Source: an uncultured Oscillospiraceae bacterium | Lineage (GTDB): Bacteria; Bacillota; Clostridia; Oscillospirales; Ruminococcaceae | Assembly (NCBI GenBank): GCA_900547385.1 | Contig: URGQ01000002.1 | Coordinates: 114,475 to 178,474 of the forward strand | DNA length: 64,000 nt | Direction of reading: 5' to 3' | Shown: piece after piece, positions 42,652 through 52,595 of the stretch | Position numbering within the stretch: position 1 is the stretch's first letter | Layout of the letters: each line of letters opens with the position of its first letter | Position numbers and translations under genes: made by a program | Notes under the pieces: generated by a model | What the model saw: only the letters and a program-made list of their open reading frames with translations | What the model was told of the DNA's origin: nothing | The model's database searches: none

Positions 42652-43086
42652 ATGCCCAAAAGCAGGGAGAAAGGCCACGGGGTGAAGGGGAGCGGCCCGC
42701 CGTTGCGGGAAATTGCGATAAGCGCTGGAATGGGTTCTGCTGTGGTGCTGGCATTGTTGACGGTATTTGCCCTGGTAATGAGTGCGCAGGATATTCCGGG
42801 CGGGTTGACCGCGCCGATGGTAACGATCACCCTGGTGGTTGGGACCTTGGCAGCAGGTTACCGCTGCGGCCGGCAGTTGCGACAGAATGGCATCGTGAAC
42901 GGAGCACTGACAGGCGGAATGATGTACCTGGTGCTGCTGGCAATTTCCCTAACAGTTCCGAGAAATGAGGTGGGTCTGCTGGCACTGTATAAGTGCCTGC
43001 TGATGCTGGTGGGCGGCGCCATAGGGTGCATCCTGGCAGTAAACCACCGCAGCAAAGCAAAGATGAGCCACCCCAAGCGGCGATAA
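42652..43086 (+). CDS. Small polytopic membrane protein (YrzE/TIGR04086-like)
   Basis: Four predicted TM helices; conserved position after yajC. Confidence 0.55.
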   Translation: MPKSREKGHGVKGSGPPLREIAISAGMGSAVVLALLTVFALVMSAQDIPGGLTAPMVTITLVVGTLAAGYRCGRQLRQNGIVNGALTGGMMYLVLLAISLTVPRNEVGLLALYKCLLMLVGGAIGCILAVNHRSKAKMSHPKRR

Positions 43087-43106
43087 CAAAATGTGGAGGA
43101 TGAAAA

Positions 43107-43703
43107 ATGTTGCCTAAGAGAAAGAAAAGTCATTATCCAGTACCTGGGCGGCGGGAAAGCCTGTGGAAGAAGCGTGGGACGACAATTCAGTATCTTTTAT
43201 ATTTTGCGGCAGGGGTGCTACTGGGCAGCATAGCAGCGGTGTTGTGCGGGGCAGAGTCTATCCCATGCCGGATCCTGGTGAATCAACTGCGGGCTATACC
43301 GGAACAGGGCCTGTGGGCATTGTGGCGTGAGCGACTGCTGTTTATGGCGATTCTGCTGCTATACCTGATGATCTCAGCGCGGTGCCTATGGGGGAATTTA
43401 ATGATTCCGGTGGCACTGGTCTTGTATGGAATAGGGCAGGGAATAGTGGTCAGCTTTTTGCTGATGTTGGTGGGTTTGGGCGGAATCGGATATATTTTGT
43501 TGGGGATACTTCTGCCAAGGACGGTGCAGTTGGTGGCGCTGATTTTGATGTGCAACTTGGCGCATAGCCGCTGTGAGCAGATGAGCGGGGCAGAAGGAGG
43601 TGGTCAGGCGGCACTGTGGATTTTGAGTGGTTTATTGTTGGCTGTGGGAGGAATATTGGAAGCAATAATGAAAGCCAAAATGGTGATATCAGTTTTGCGG
43701 TGA
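43107..43703 (+). CDS. Polytopic membrane protein, possibly stage II sporulation protein M-like
   Basis: Five or six TM helices, about 198 aa; weak resemblance to the SpoIIM/DUF95 family. Confidence 0.35.
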   Translation: MLPKRKKSHYPVPGRRESLWKKRGTTIQYLLYFAAGVLLGSIAAVLCGAESIPCRILVNQLRAIPEQGLWALWRERLLFMAILLLYLMISARCLWGNLMIPVALVLYGIGQGIVVSFLLMLVGLGGIGYILLGILLPRTVQLVALILMCNLAHSRCEQMSGAEGGGQAALWILSGLLLAVGGILEAIMKAKMVISVLR

Positions 43704-43705
43704 CA

Positions 43706-43737
43706 AAGCCCCTCCCGGTTTGGGAGGGGTTTGCGCT
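43706..43737. terminator. Bidirectional terminator between convergent genes
   Basis: AAAGCCCCTCCC-ggtttg-GGAGGGGTTTG. Confidence 0.55.
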
Positions 43738-43765
43738 GTATGAGTACCATTGAGGAGGAGCTAGC

Positions 43766-45139
43766 TTACTTTTCGTTCTTGTCCTTCAGAACATAGTTGA
43801 GGATAAGATTGAGCAGTACGCCTGCAACGACCGCGATGAACACGGTGGAGGTGCAGAGCATATTGAGGAACGCCGGCAGGCTCTTGGCCCAGGCGCTGTA
43901 AGTAGAGGCGCAGTGGTAAGGCAGCATGATGGCCAGTGCCAAAGTAGTACCGGCTACCAAGGTGTTGCGCAGGGAGCGTTTATCGCTGATGATGGAATCA
44001 ATGCCGGAGAACATAATGGTAGCGGCAGAGATAAGGAATACAGCACCGATAACAGAACGCGGAATGCCGGAAAGAATATAGGCCAGCTTGGGGCACAGAC
44101 CATATGCCAGGAAGATTACGCCAGCGATCTGAGTGACGCGGCGGGAGCAAACACCGGTAGCGGAAATGATGCCGATATTCTGGGTGTAGCTGGTGCAGGG
44201 CAGACCGCCGAAGAAAGCGGAGATCACGCAGCCAAGACCCTCGGCAAAGATACCGCGGTCGATGTGCTTGATACGATAGACCTCATCGCAGGCAGCGCAG
44301 GTAGCGGCGTAGTCACCAACCGATTCGAACATGGAAGCAATATAGCCGGAGAAGCCGCCGACGATAGCGGCACCAACAAAGGCGATGGTGGAACCGCTCT
44401 GACCTTCCAGACCAGTGTAGGGGAACAGCTTGGGCAGTGCGAACCAAGGAGCATTGTGAACGGCTTCCCAATTGAACACGCCAAGAGCGGAGGCGCCAAC
44501 AACGCCAACAATGATAACGGTGATGAGAATGAAGCCCTGGGAAAGCAGACCTTTGCCACCGCGGAACTTAAGAACCAGAGCCAGTAGGAAGGCTACAGCG
44601 GCCATGATGAGGCTCTTAGCATCCTGAGAGGAGAAAGTCCACTGAACAGCGATACGGGCAGCTACATAACCGATAGCTGCTACTACGGAACCAACTACAA
44701 CAGGGGGGAGGAACTTGCGGATCTTACTCATAATTCGGGTACCGCCCAGCAGAGCCTCCAGTGCACCGCCGACGATGACAGAACCCCAAACTGCGGGAAG
44801 ACCATAGGTGGCAGCTACGCTGCCCATGGAGGAAGCGAGAGAAGCCGACGGACCCTGTACGATGGGCAGCCGATTGCCAATGGTGGTCTGGAGCAAGGTA
44901 CAGATACCCATTACCAGGAAGCATGCGCTGATCATGGTAGGCAGCACGGTTGCTGCGTCAAGACCCGCCAGAGAGACAAACATACCGCCCCATACGAAGG
45001 GGGTAAAGTCTACCAAAGTAATCTGGACGGCAAAGTAGAGAGATTTCCACCAAGGCTTCGGAACATCTTCAATACCGTAGGTGATCTCAATGTTGGATTC
45101 GATTTTTTGATCGAATACCGGCTGTTCAGGCTGATACAT
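43766..45139 (-). CDS. NCS2-family nucleobase:cation symporter (xanthine/uracil permease)
   Basis: NCS2 signature region and about 13 TM helices. AAAAAGGAGG SD and a TTGACT-N18-TATGAT promoter upstream. Confidence 0.85.
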   Translation of the reverse strand: MYQPEQPVFDQKIESNIEITYGIEDVPKPWWKSLYFAVQITLVDFTPFVWGGMFVSLAGLDAATVLPTMISACFLVMGICTLLQTTIGNRLPIVQGPSASLASSMGSVAATYGLPAVWGSVIVGGALEALLGGTRIMSKIRKFLPPVVVGSVVAAIGYVAARIAVQWTFSSQDAKSLIMAAVAFLLALVLKFRGGKGLLSQGFILITVIIVGVVGASALGVFNWEAVHNAPWFALPKLFPYTGLEGQSGSTIAFVGAAIVGGFSGYIASMFESVGDYAATCAACDEVYRIKHIDRGIFAEGLGCVISAFFGGLPCTSYTQNIGIISATGVCSRRVTQIAGVIFLAYGLCPKLAYILSGIPRSVIGAVFLISAATIMFSGIDSIISDKRSLRNTLVAGTTLALAIMLPYHCASTYSAWAKSLPAFLNMLCTSTVFIAVVAGVLLNLILNYVLKDKNEK

Positions 45140-45518
45140 AGTAACCTCCTTTTTCTATCTCTACAAAAAATTTTTGACCGGTTTGGACCTTTCTTTATTG
45201 TTTCTCTCTGTTCTAAAGATCCACCAGCCAAATGCATCATACCATTTATATTATTATCAAGTCAAAGCGGGAATTGGTATAAAGAGGAAATAATTTTGTT
45301 GCATTTTAACATCTTAGCTACGCAAGTTGCGCATTTAGGCTATTAAAATCAAGGAAAATAATAATTATATGCACAAAAAGCAAAAAGAATTGAGGTAAAA
45401 ATTGTTTATTGTGGATAGTGCGTAAAAAGTGATAACATAAATTGATTTAATTTATCGATTCATCTATAATATGATTAAGAGAGTAGTTCATTTTTGAGAA
45501 CTTTGACGGAGGAAGCAA

Positions 45519-46253
45519 ATGAAAAAGCAGAAAAAGCAGCCACAGCTGGAGAGCCAGAATCTGATCCTTTATCCGCTGCTGCCGGAACAGATGAACCTGC
45601 TGAGGGAAGATCCGAATGAATTATGCAGGAGCCTTTCTTTGGTGCCGGATGATTATGCCAAATACGGCGAGTGGGTCATGTTGGCAGAGGAGCAATACCG
45701 TAAAATGATGGCGGATCAGGAGTATATGTCCTTTTATACGCTGTGGATCATCACAGAAAAAGAGGACAAGCACCTGGTGGGATATTTGTACTTTTTGGGA
45801 CGACCCAGCGATACCGAAGCGGTGGAGTTGAATGGTTTTATTAAGCCGACATACCGCCGGAAAGGCTATATGACCGAGGCCCTAAATACCCTGCGTGGGT
45901 GGGCCTTTGCCAATAAAGGCGTGACCATTATGCTGGCACACCCGCAAAGGGATGATGAGATATTCCACGGGCTGCTGCGTAAGAGCGGTTTTGGCCACTG
46001 GGTGGAGCATGAGCATGAGAAGACTCCCAATGTAGAGGTATGGTGCAGTGAGAAAAAAACACGCGCGATGGTGAAGGTGGGGCTCCTGTTGGGTCTTGGC
46101 CTGGGTGTTGTGGCTGGTTCGGCCTTTGGAATCAGTCGGTGGATCTCTGCGCTGGTGGGCGGTATATTGGGCATCGCTGTGTGTACTGTCTTTGATGTGA
46201 GAGAATCCCGGAGAAGGTATGCGCTGCTGAAAACGGAGCAGCAAAAGCCGTAA
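45519..46253 (+). CDS. GNAT-family N-acetyltransferase with a C-terminal TM helix
   Basis: RimJ/RimL-like GNAT fold motifs (RRKGYMTEAL). A TTGATT-N17-TATAAT promoter is upstream. Confidence 0.75.
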   Translation: MKKQKKQPQLESQNLILYPLLPEQMNLLREDPNELCRSLSLVPDDYAKYGEWVMLAEEQYRKMMADQEYMSFYTLWIITEKEDKHLVGYLYFLGRPSDTEAVELNGFIKPTYRRKGYMTEALNTLRGWAFANKGVTIMLAHPQRDDEIFHGLLRKSGFGHWVEHEHEKTPNVEVWCSEKKTRAMVKVGLLLGLGLGVVAGSAFGISRWISALVGGILGIAVCTVFDVRESRRRYALLKTEQQKP

Positions 46254-46339
46254 CTTGAAATAAGAATAAAGAGAAAACATAAGGCGGCAATTTAGGCCGC
46301 TAGCTAAGAGAGAAACCAATAACATTCAAGAGGAGAAAT

Positions 46340-48268
46340 ATGGCGACAATATATGACATTGCGAAGGCCAGCGGTGTTTCCACCACCACGGTCTCCCATG
46401 TTCTTAACCGGACGAGGTATGTGAGCCCGGAAATTACAGAACGGGTAATGGCTGCGGTAGATGAGCTGGGCTATGAACCGCTGCGCCGGCGCAACAGGGG
46501 GGAGGAACCAACAGCGGCCAAGCGCGGCTGTATGGGTCTTATCATTGACCGGCGGTTGCTGACGGTATGTGGCTGCCGTTCCTATGTGCGGATGTCCGGA
46601 CGGTACGAATGGATCACGATCTCGGTAGATGGATCGCTGACGGAAAAGCAGCTGCATAGATATATGAAGCAGTACCACCTGAACCGAGTATTGGTGCATC
46701 AATCGGTGGAATATAAATGCGGCGATAGGGCGATAAATCCTGTTGAACCGGGCAGCATTCTGCTGCTGAACCAAAGTGTGCCACCAGAACGCACCGACCA
46801 ACGCCATTTGACCTTGGATTATGAGGGCGCCATGCACCTTGCGCTGGAGCATCTGATCCGGTGCGGGCATACCAATATTACTGTGGTGGGAGGAGATTTG
46901 AACCGATATTGTCAGGAGCAGATCCTGCGGGCATTGGAATGGTGCAGTAAACGCTATGCAGTACGCCTAAATCAGGATAATATAATATGGCTGGGCGGAG
47001 AGAAGAACTCCGGACTGCCAGAGCAGGAAAGCCTGGGGACCGCTGTGATTTCGGTGGGTGTACCGGGCATTATGGTGGTAACAAAATATTGCTTTGCGAG
47101 TGGACGCCGCGTACCGGAAGACTTCAGCTGGATCGCCATTGATGACGACGACTATATGCAGGGCTATAATCCTGCGGTAACCTATGTCCGTTTAGATCCA
47201 GAGGTGTTTCGTAGTGTTTTGGAGAATAGCAGTGGGCCTGATAAAAGGATCGTTTCTTCTCCAGCACTGGTGATCCGTCATTCTACCAGTGTATTGCCGC
47301 GTGATTCTCAGGGACAACCGGCCAGCAATGAAAGTGCTGTATCATTAACCATAACCGAAAAAATGCTGATGCAGAGGCGTACCGGTCGGATTGGTGTCTC
47401 TTTTGCACAGGCGGAAACACTTTATTCCCAGATGATTTTGCAGGGGATAAGGGAGGTCGCCACAAATTTGAATATGGAGCTGCTGCCGGTACAGGATGCC
47501 AGAATGAACAGCGGGGTAGAAAAGAATCAACTGGTGTGGTTACTGCAAAACGGTGCGGATGCGATCATAAGCGTTTCCAATGATCATAGCGGGATGGTGG
47601 AGACCTTTCAGCGGTTAAAAAGAGGGAGTGATATTCCGTTGATTTTGGGGTCGCATCTGCCGATTGATCTGCCTGGATCTGTGTTCCACTGCTGCATTAC
47701 CACCAATGATGAGGAAAAAGGGCGGCAGGCGGCGCAATTCCTGGCGGAGCAGATGTTGTCCCGGCAGATGCAGCGGTTGGTAATGCTGGTGGATAAAAAC
47801 ACAGCAGCGGGTGCTCAGCAGTGTGTCCGAGCATTAATTACCGCACTGCATGGTGACTATCCCAGAATACAGGTGTTGGAGCAATTAGAAATCAATGATC
47901 ATTATTCTGTGGATGATTTTGAGAAGCTGTACCGCCGCTATCCTGAGATGCAGGGCCTGTTTATCCAGAATGCAGGTGCGGCGGCTCGGATCAGTGGATG
48001 GCTGCACGCGAACCGCCGTGATGATGTAGTAGTTGTCACCAGCCAGATCAACAGTTCCGTTGCGCAGCGAATGCTGCAGGTGACCAGCGGAAGAATGGGC
48101 ATTGTCTCTTCAAGGCCAATTGAAATGGGACATCTGATGGTGTATTCGGCAGCGTGTGCGCTGCTGGGAAAACCAACACCAAAGTATGTTTCGGTGGACC
48201 CTATTACGCTTAACCAAAGGAATGTGGAGGAGCTGTGGCCACTACTGACACAAAGCAGATTGAAATAA
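46340..48268 (+). CDS. LacI-family transcriptional regulator with two tandem periplasmic-binding-protein-like ligand domains (642 aa)
   Basis: HTH IYDIAKASGVSTTTVSHVLN. A canonical LacI effector domain (roughly residues 60-340) is followed by a second ribose-binding-protein-like domain (roughly residues 345-640). Confidence 0.75.
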   Translation: MATIYDIAKASGVSTTTVSHVLNRTRYVSPEITERVMAAVDELGYEPLRRRNRGEEPTAAKRGCMGLIIDRRLLTVCGCRSYVRMSGRYEWITISVDGSLTEKQLHRYMKQYHLNRVLVHQSVEYKCGDRAINPVEPGSILLLNQSVPPERTDQRHLTLDYEGAMHLALEHLIRCGHTNITVVGGDLNRYCQEQILRALEWCSKRYAVRLNQDNIIWLGGEKNSGLPEQESLGTAVISVGVPGIMVVTKYCFASGRRVPEDFSWIAIDDDDYMQGYNPAVTYVRLDPEVFRSVLENSSGPDKRIVSSPALVIRHSTSVLPRDSQGQPASNESAVSLTITEKMLMQRRTGRIGVSFAQAETLYSQMILQGIREVATNLNMELLPVQDARMNSGVEKNQLVWLLQNGADAIISVSNDHSGMVETFQRLKRGSDIPLILGSHLPIDLPGSVFHCCITTNDEEKGRQAAQFLAEQMLSRQMQRLVMLVDKNTAAGAQQCVRALITALHGDYPRIQVLEQLEINDHYSVDDFEKLYRRYPEMQGLFIQNAGAAARISGWLHANRRDDVVVVTSQINSSVAQRMLQVTSGRMGIVSSRPIEMGHLMVYSAACALLGKPTPKYVSVDPITLNQRNVEELWPLLTQSRLK

Positions 48269-48360
48269 TAGTGAAATAATAGCCTCATAAATCGCCCTGT
48301 ACGGCAGGAATAATTCCTGGGTGTAGGGTGATTTTTTTGTATGAAATGAAAGATGGTGAC

Positions 48361-48402
48361 AAAGCCCAAAGGCACCGGGGATACCGGTGCCTTTGGGCTT
48401 TG
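48361..48402. terminator. Bidirectional terminator between the regulator and codA
   Basis: AAAGCCCAAAGGCACCGG-ggatA-CCGGTGCCTTTGGGCTTTGGG. Confidence 0.6.
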
Positions 48403-48448
48403 GGAATATGAGGGGGCTTTTATATCAAGAGAAGAGAATAAGACAGTA

Positions 48449-49714
48449 TTACAGCAGCTGAGCCCGGCGGATGAAGGAAGCAATGACTTTACCGTGGCGG
48501 ATGATGTAGGGACGGGAAGCGCGGGTGCGGATGGCATCGTGGACATTAGGGGCTTCTACCAGGTTCAAGTCAGCATCGTTGCCTACTTCGATGCCGTACT
48601 TCATTTCAGGATCGAATACGCGGGCAGAGGCTTTGGTGAGCATGTTCCACATGGTACGGGCAGCTTTGGGGGTATTGTACTGGGCGCAGTAGCAGCCAAC
48701 CAGACCATAATCCAGGGGATCGCCAGTGCCGTAAAGGTGGAAACCATCACAGATGGTATCCTGAGCGGTGACAACATTGATACCCATTTCCACCATCTCA
48801 CGAATGCGGGTAACACCGCGGGTGCGGGGTTCGGGGTCAATGCCCATGATGGCGAGGGTCTGGGTGTTGGCGCAGACATTGACATCCGCCTGCTTAAGCA
48901 TCTTCATCACCTTGATGGCGTGGGCCTGGTTCTGGTAGGTGATGGAGGTGCAGTGACCGCCGGTTACACGGCCCTGCCAGCCATGCTGCATGGTAAGCCA
49001 GGCGGTATATTCCAGGGAACGATCGAACATATCTTTGGACTGATCGATGTGCATATCGATGAGGCAGTTGTATTTTTCGGCCATCTTGAAGACGAAATCC
49101 ACATGTTCGCGGGAATGCTCATCCAGCATTTCAGCGGCAGGCATGCCACCCATAACATCGCAGCCCATTTCCATGGCTTCCTCAAGCAGCTTATCGGTGC
49201 CAGGATCGCAGATGATACCTTCCTGAGGGAAAGCGATGACTTGTAGGTCGCAGATATCTTTGGTGGCTTCTTTGGCCATCAGAACACCCTTCAGAGCGTT
49301 GAGGTTAGGATCCAGGGTGCTGATATCCACATTGGTGCGCAGTTTGGTGGTACCATACATAACGCAATCCTTGATAGCGCGTTCAGCACGGGCAGCTACG
49401 GCCTCAGGAGTATACTTGCGGATACGGTCGTGCATGACATAGATGGAGTCTTCCAGGGTTTCTTCGGTAGAAGAGATCCAGTTGCCCTTGCCATAGCTTT
49501 CACGGCCCTGTTCATAAGAAGTGTAGGCCTTATCAAAGTGCATATGGGTATTTACAAAGGTGGGGCAGGCCATCATACCAGTGGCATCGATAGTTTCGAT
49601 CCCGGCGGGTGCTTCGATGTGCTCGGCAATTTCCTTGTATTTTCCGTCATCACCGATGAGAATATCAACGATTTTGCCGGTCCCATCCAGGTTGGCGTTT
49701 TTAATCAGCAGCAT
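48449..49714 (-). CDS. codA: Cytosine deaminase (amidohydrolase superfamily)
   Basis: PTFVNTHMHFD metal site, LQVIAFPQEGI, RGVTRIREMVEMGINV and RHGKVIAS. Strong similarity to E. coli CodA. Confidence 0.85.
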   Translation of the reverse strand: MLLIKNANLDGTGKIVDILIGDDGKYKEIAEHIEAPAGIETIDATGMMACPTFVNTHMHFDKAYTSYEQGRESYGKGNWISSTEETLEDSIYVMHDRIRKYTPEAVAARAERAIKDCVMYGTTKLRTNVDISTLDPNLNALKGVLMAKEATKDICDLQVIAFPQEGIICDPGTDKLLEEAMEMGCDVMGGMPAAEMLDEHSREHVDFVFKMAEKYNCLIDMHIDQSKDMFDRSLEYTAWLTMQHGWQGRVTGGHCTSITYQNQAHAIKVMKMLKQADVNVCANTQTLAIMGIDPEPRTRGVTRIREMVEMGINVVTAQDTICDGFHLYGTGDPLDYGLVGCYCAQYNTPKAARTMWNMLTKASARVFDPEMKYGIEVGNDADLNLVEAPNVHDAIRTRASRPYIIRHGKVIASFIRRAQLL

Positions 49715-50036
49715 TTTATGTACCTCCAGTTATTGATAAAGGGGAATTCATTGTGAACATTCTCCTTTGTATGTCTCTACAATATAGTATTTTTTTGATT
49801 TTGTCAAAGCGCAGTTGGACTATTTTTACAAGAAAGCACAGCGCAATTTGTATATAATGCAATGACCTGGTTGGCTAAATTGCGCAACTAAGTGGCAGAT
49901 TGTGTTATTCTAAAAGAAAATTATTGTAGAATATCACAAAATGAAACGGGAGAAGCTGTATATGCTGCCAATACGATAAAATTTAAGAAAAAAGCCCCGC
50001 GGGTTAAATACCGTGGGGCTTAGCTATGGAATTGTT

Positions 50037-50834
50037 TTATAAATCGAGTTTGTCAATGCGATGAATACCGATGTGGTTAAGAAAGTGAACGGCATAATCA
50101 TAGATATCAGAATTCTTGAAATCTACCGCCGAATCGTGGGCGTCGAAGCCAATAATTGCGGTAATGCCATGATCTTTGGCAATGCGCCAGAAATCGGGAT
50201 GAGGGAAACAATCCAGCCGATTATGTTCCAGCGCGAAAAGAAAACCGGAGATGTTGTATTCGAGAATTGCATTGCAGCGAGCCGCAGTTTCACAAATACG
50301 ATGACTGAGTGCAACACAGTGTTCATCAAAATAAGGGTAACCGCGGATGAAAAGATCAGGGTGGGCCACATAGGTATAGAATTTACTTTCAATGCCCGGA
50401 ATGATGTTCTGCTCGTAACGCTCGAGGTCATGGGGCGCTAAAATATCACGGCCGAAATAAAAACGCTCCGGGACGGGGGCATCCAGTTCATCGTAGTGGG
50501 CACCGTAGATCAGATATTCGATCCCGTATTCCGACTTCATATCAAGAAGCTCCTGCATATGGTGCGGGAAGTACTCCGCCTCCAGGCCGAGGTGAATCTC
50601 GATCTGGTCCTTGTATTTTTCCCGCAGGCGGTTTACGCTGCCGCAGTATTCCGGCAGGTATTGCGGCTCCATGCGGACATGGGAATCGTAATCGGCAGGG
50701 AAGTGAGGCCACGGGGTATGATCAGAAAAGCCTAAAATATCAAAGTCAGCTTTTATGGCATTGAGTACAATGCGCTCGTCATTGCCCATGGCGTGTTTAC
50801 AACGGTAGGTGTGGGTGTGGTAATTGGTTTTCAT
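50037..50834 (-). CDS. PHP-family histidinol-phosphatase-like phosphoesterase (HisJ/HisK type)
   Basis: HTHTYRCKHA N-terminal PHP motif, 265 aa. Confidence 0.8.
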   Translation of the reverse strand: MKTNYHTHTYRCKHAMGNDERIVLNAIKADFDILGFSDHTPWPHFPADYDSHVRMEPQYLPEYCGSVNRLREKYKDQIEIHLGLEAEYFPHHMQELLDMKSEYGIEYLIYGAHYDELDAPVPERFYFGRDILAPHDLERYEQNIIPGIESKFYTYVAHPDLFIRGYPYFDEHCVALSHRICETAARCNAILEYNISGFLFALEHNRLDCFPHPDFWRIAKDHGITAIIGFDAHDSAVDFKNSDIYDYAVHFLNHIGIHRIDKLDL

Positions 50835-51850
50835 TCGGTTTCAGCTTCCTTTTTGGATGGTTTGGATTTAACATGAGAAAGGGGATTGCGGTCAGCGGCA
50901 TTGGCAATTTGATCATTGCTGACATGGGTATATATTTCTGTGGTGCCAAGATTGACATGGCCGAGAATTTCCTTTAGAACACGGATATCCACACCACCGT
51001 ATTGATACATGAGAGTGGCGGCAGTATGACGAAGTTTGTGAGGGGAATAGCCCCGACCGCCTAAGCCGGCGGCTTTTAGATGTGTTTCTACTATTTGTTC
51101 CACCCGGCGGGGGGTAAGTGGTGCACGGGTACGGGAGGAAACCAACAGGTAGGGTTTATCGGCATCCTTTGGTGGTTCCGGACGAACAGCCAAATATTCT
51201 GCGATGGCGTTAAGACAAGCGCTGTTAAGATAAACCATGCGCTCTTTATTCCCCTTGCCCAGTACAGTAAGGGTGTCATCCCGGATATCCGAGAGCTTAA
51301 TACCGACCAACTCCGAAAGACGAATGCCACAGTTAAGCAGAATGGTGATGATACAATAATCGCGTTCACGATCCTTGCCTTCAATGGATTCCAGCAGGTG
51401 CAGGCTTTCATCCAAAGTAAGGTATTTTGGAAGACTTTTGCGCTGGGCAGGAATCTCCAACTGTTCCATGGGGTTTTCCTCTAGGCGGCCAGCCTTACTT
51501 TGCAGATATTTATAGAAGCCGCGCAAGCTGGAAACCTTGCGGGCACGGGTCTTGGCGTTATTTTGGTTGACGCTTTGCACATAAGCCAGGAAAGAATATG
51601 CATCGGAAAGGCGTGCACTGAGAATCATTTCCTCGCTGATGGAGGCAAACGAAATGCTTTCAAGATTTGGGTCGTCCGTGGGTAGGGGAGTGCCACTGCG
51701 AGTGGCCATTAGATAACGCAGGAATAGGCGGAGATCGTTGTAGTAGGCTTCTACAGTGCGGGGAGAGCGTCCCTTGATGGTGCTCATATAGATGAGATAA
51801 TCGCGCAGCAGCTGTGGCGCAGGTGCTGCCATGATAGAAAATGTCTGCAT
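50831..51850 (-). CDS. xerC: Site-specific tyrosine recombinase, XerC/XerD family
   Basis: Catalytic R...HxxR...Y residues (HKLRHTAAT, GHVNLGTTEIYTHV) and an N-terminal SAM-like domain. Its stop overlaps the start of the PHP gene. Confidence 0.8.
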   Translation of the reverse strand: MQTFSIMAAPAPQLLRDYLIYMSTIKGRSPRTVEAYYNDLRLFLRYLMATRSGTPLPTDDPNLESISFASISEEMILSARLSDAYSFLAYVQSVNQNNAKTRARKVSSLRGFYKYLQSKAGRLEENPMEQLEIPAQRKSLPKYLTLDESLHLLESIEGKDRERDYCIITILLNCGIRLSELVGIKLSDIRDDTLTVLGKGNKERMVYLNSACLNAIAEYLAVRPEPPKDADKPYLLVSSRTRAPLTPRRVEQIVETHLKAAGLGGRGYSPHKLRHTAATLMYQYGGVDIRVLKEILGHVNLGTTEIYTHVSNDQIANAADRNPLSHVKSKPSKKEAETE

Positions 51851-51989
51851 TCGGTTTCCTCCTCTCTTCGGTTTATTGCCAATCTATTATAGTAGAAATG
51901 CAAGCTGCATGCAAGTGTGTAGATGCGCAAAAAGGCCGGAGCCGAAGCCCCGGTCATTTTTGAAAATAATTGAGGAGGTGATAGTTGTT

Positions 51990-52535
51990 TTATAAAAGAG
52001 AGTCCCTCCAAAAGCGCCCGGAGAAGCAGGCCCATGCAATAGATGCGATACCCTGCAGGATAAGCACTAGTCCAACGATCCAACTGAGGGCCATAGCACC
52101 GGAAATGGGATCATAGAACGAAAGGATGCCCGCAACAGTAAGGAGGATACCAAGGGCGGTAAACCACCCCCAACCCCGCACACCAAGGCGCTGAAGATCA
52201 AAGGAGCTAACGAAACGGCTGATACCGCCGAAGAGTAGCCACATCCCGAAAATAAACGGCAGCGAAAGCATGGTGAATGCCTGGTTGCAGAGCAGGAAAA
52301 TGGCTAACAGTACAGTGAAGATGCCATCCAGTAGGAACCAGCCGGAACCGAGCATAAAGCGCCGGGATGATGCAAAGATGACAATATCAACGATACCGGA
52401 GAAGAGCATGGCCAGTCCAAGTATAAGGGAAAGCCCACTCAAGGCAGCATCAAAAGAAACAAAGCAATACACGCCTGCAACAATAAGCAGTACACCGGCA
52501 ATGATCCATAAAACTCGCGATAGGGTTTTATTCAT
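51990..52535 (-). CDS. hdeD: HdeD/DUF308 family acid-resistance membrane protein
   Basis: Six TM helices and an HdeD family pattern; downstream of hsp20 on the same strand. Confidence 0.75.
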   Translation of the reverse strand: MNKTLSRVLWIIAGVLLIVAGVYCFVSFDAALSGLSLILGLAMLFSGIVDIVIFASSRRFMLGSGWFLLDGIFTVLLAIFLLCNQAFTMLSLPFIFGMWLLFGGISRFVSSFDLQRLGVRGWGWFTALGILLTVAGILSFYDPISGAMALSWIVGLVLILQGIASIAWACFSGRFWRDSLL

Positions 52536-52595
52536 AAATGACATCCTTTCAAAAAATTATATTATTGAATCGACGGGGCACAGGAGAGGGAGATT

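Noticed and set aside
45140-45400. Purine/guanine riboswitch expected upstream of the NCS2 xanthine/uracil permease
   Set aside because: I read the minus-strand leader. It contains a TTGACT-N18-TATGAT promoter and a short UTR. The conserved purine-riboswitch junction sequences are not visible.
50831-51850. The tyrosine recombinase as the integrase of a prophage or integrative element
   Set aside because: No phage, conjugation or transposition genes in the flanks, no direct repeats or tRNA target, and the co-transcribed partner is a PHP phosphoesterase. It is more consistent with a chromosomal Xer-like recombinase, although the adjacent accessory-like block is noted in the findings.
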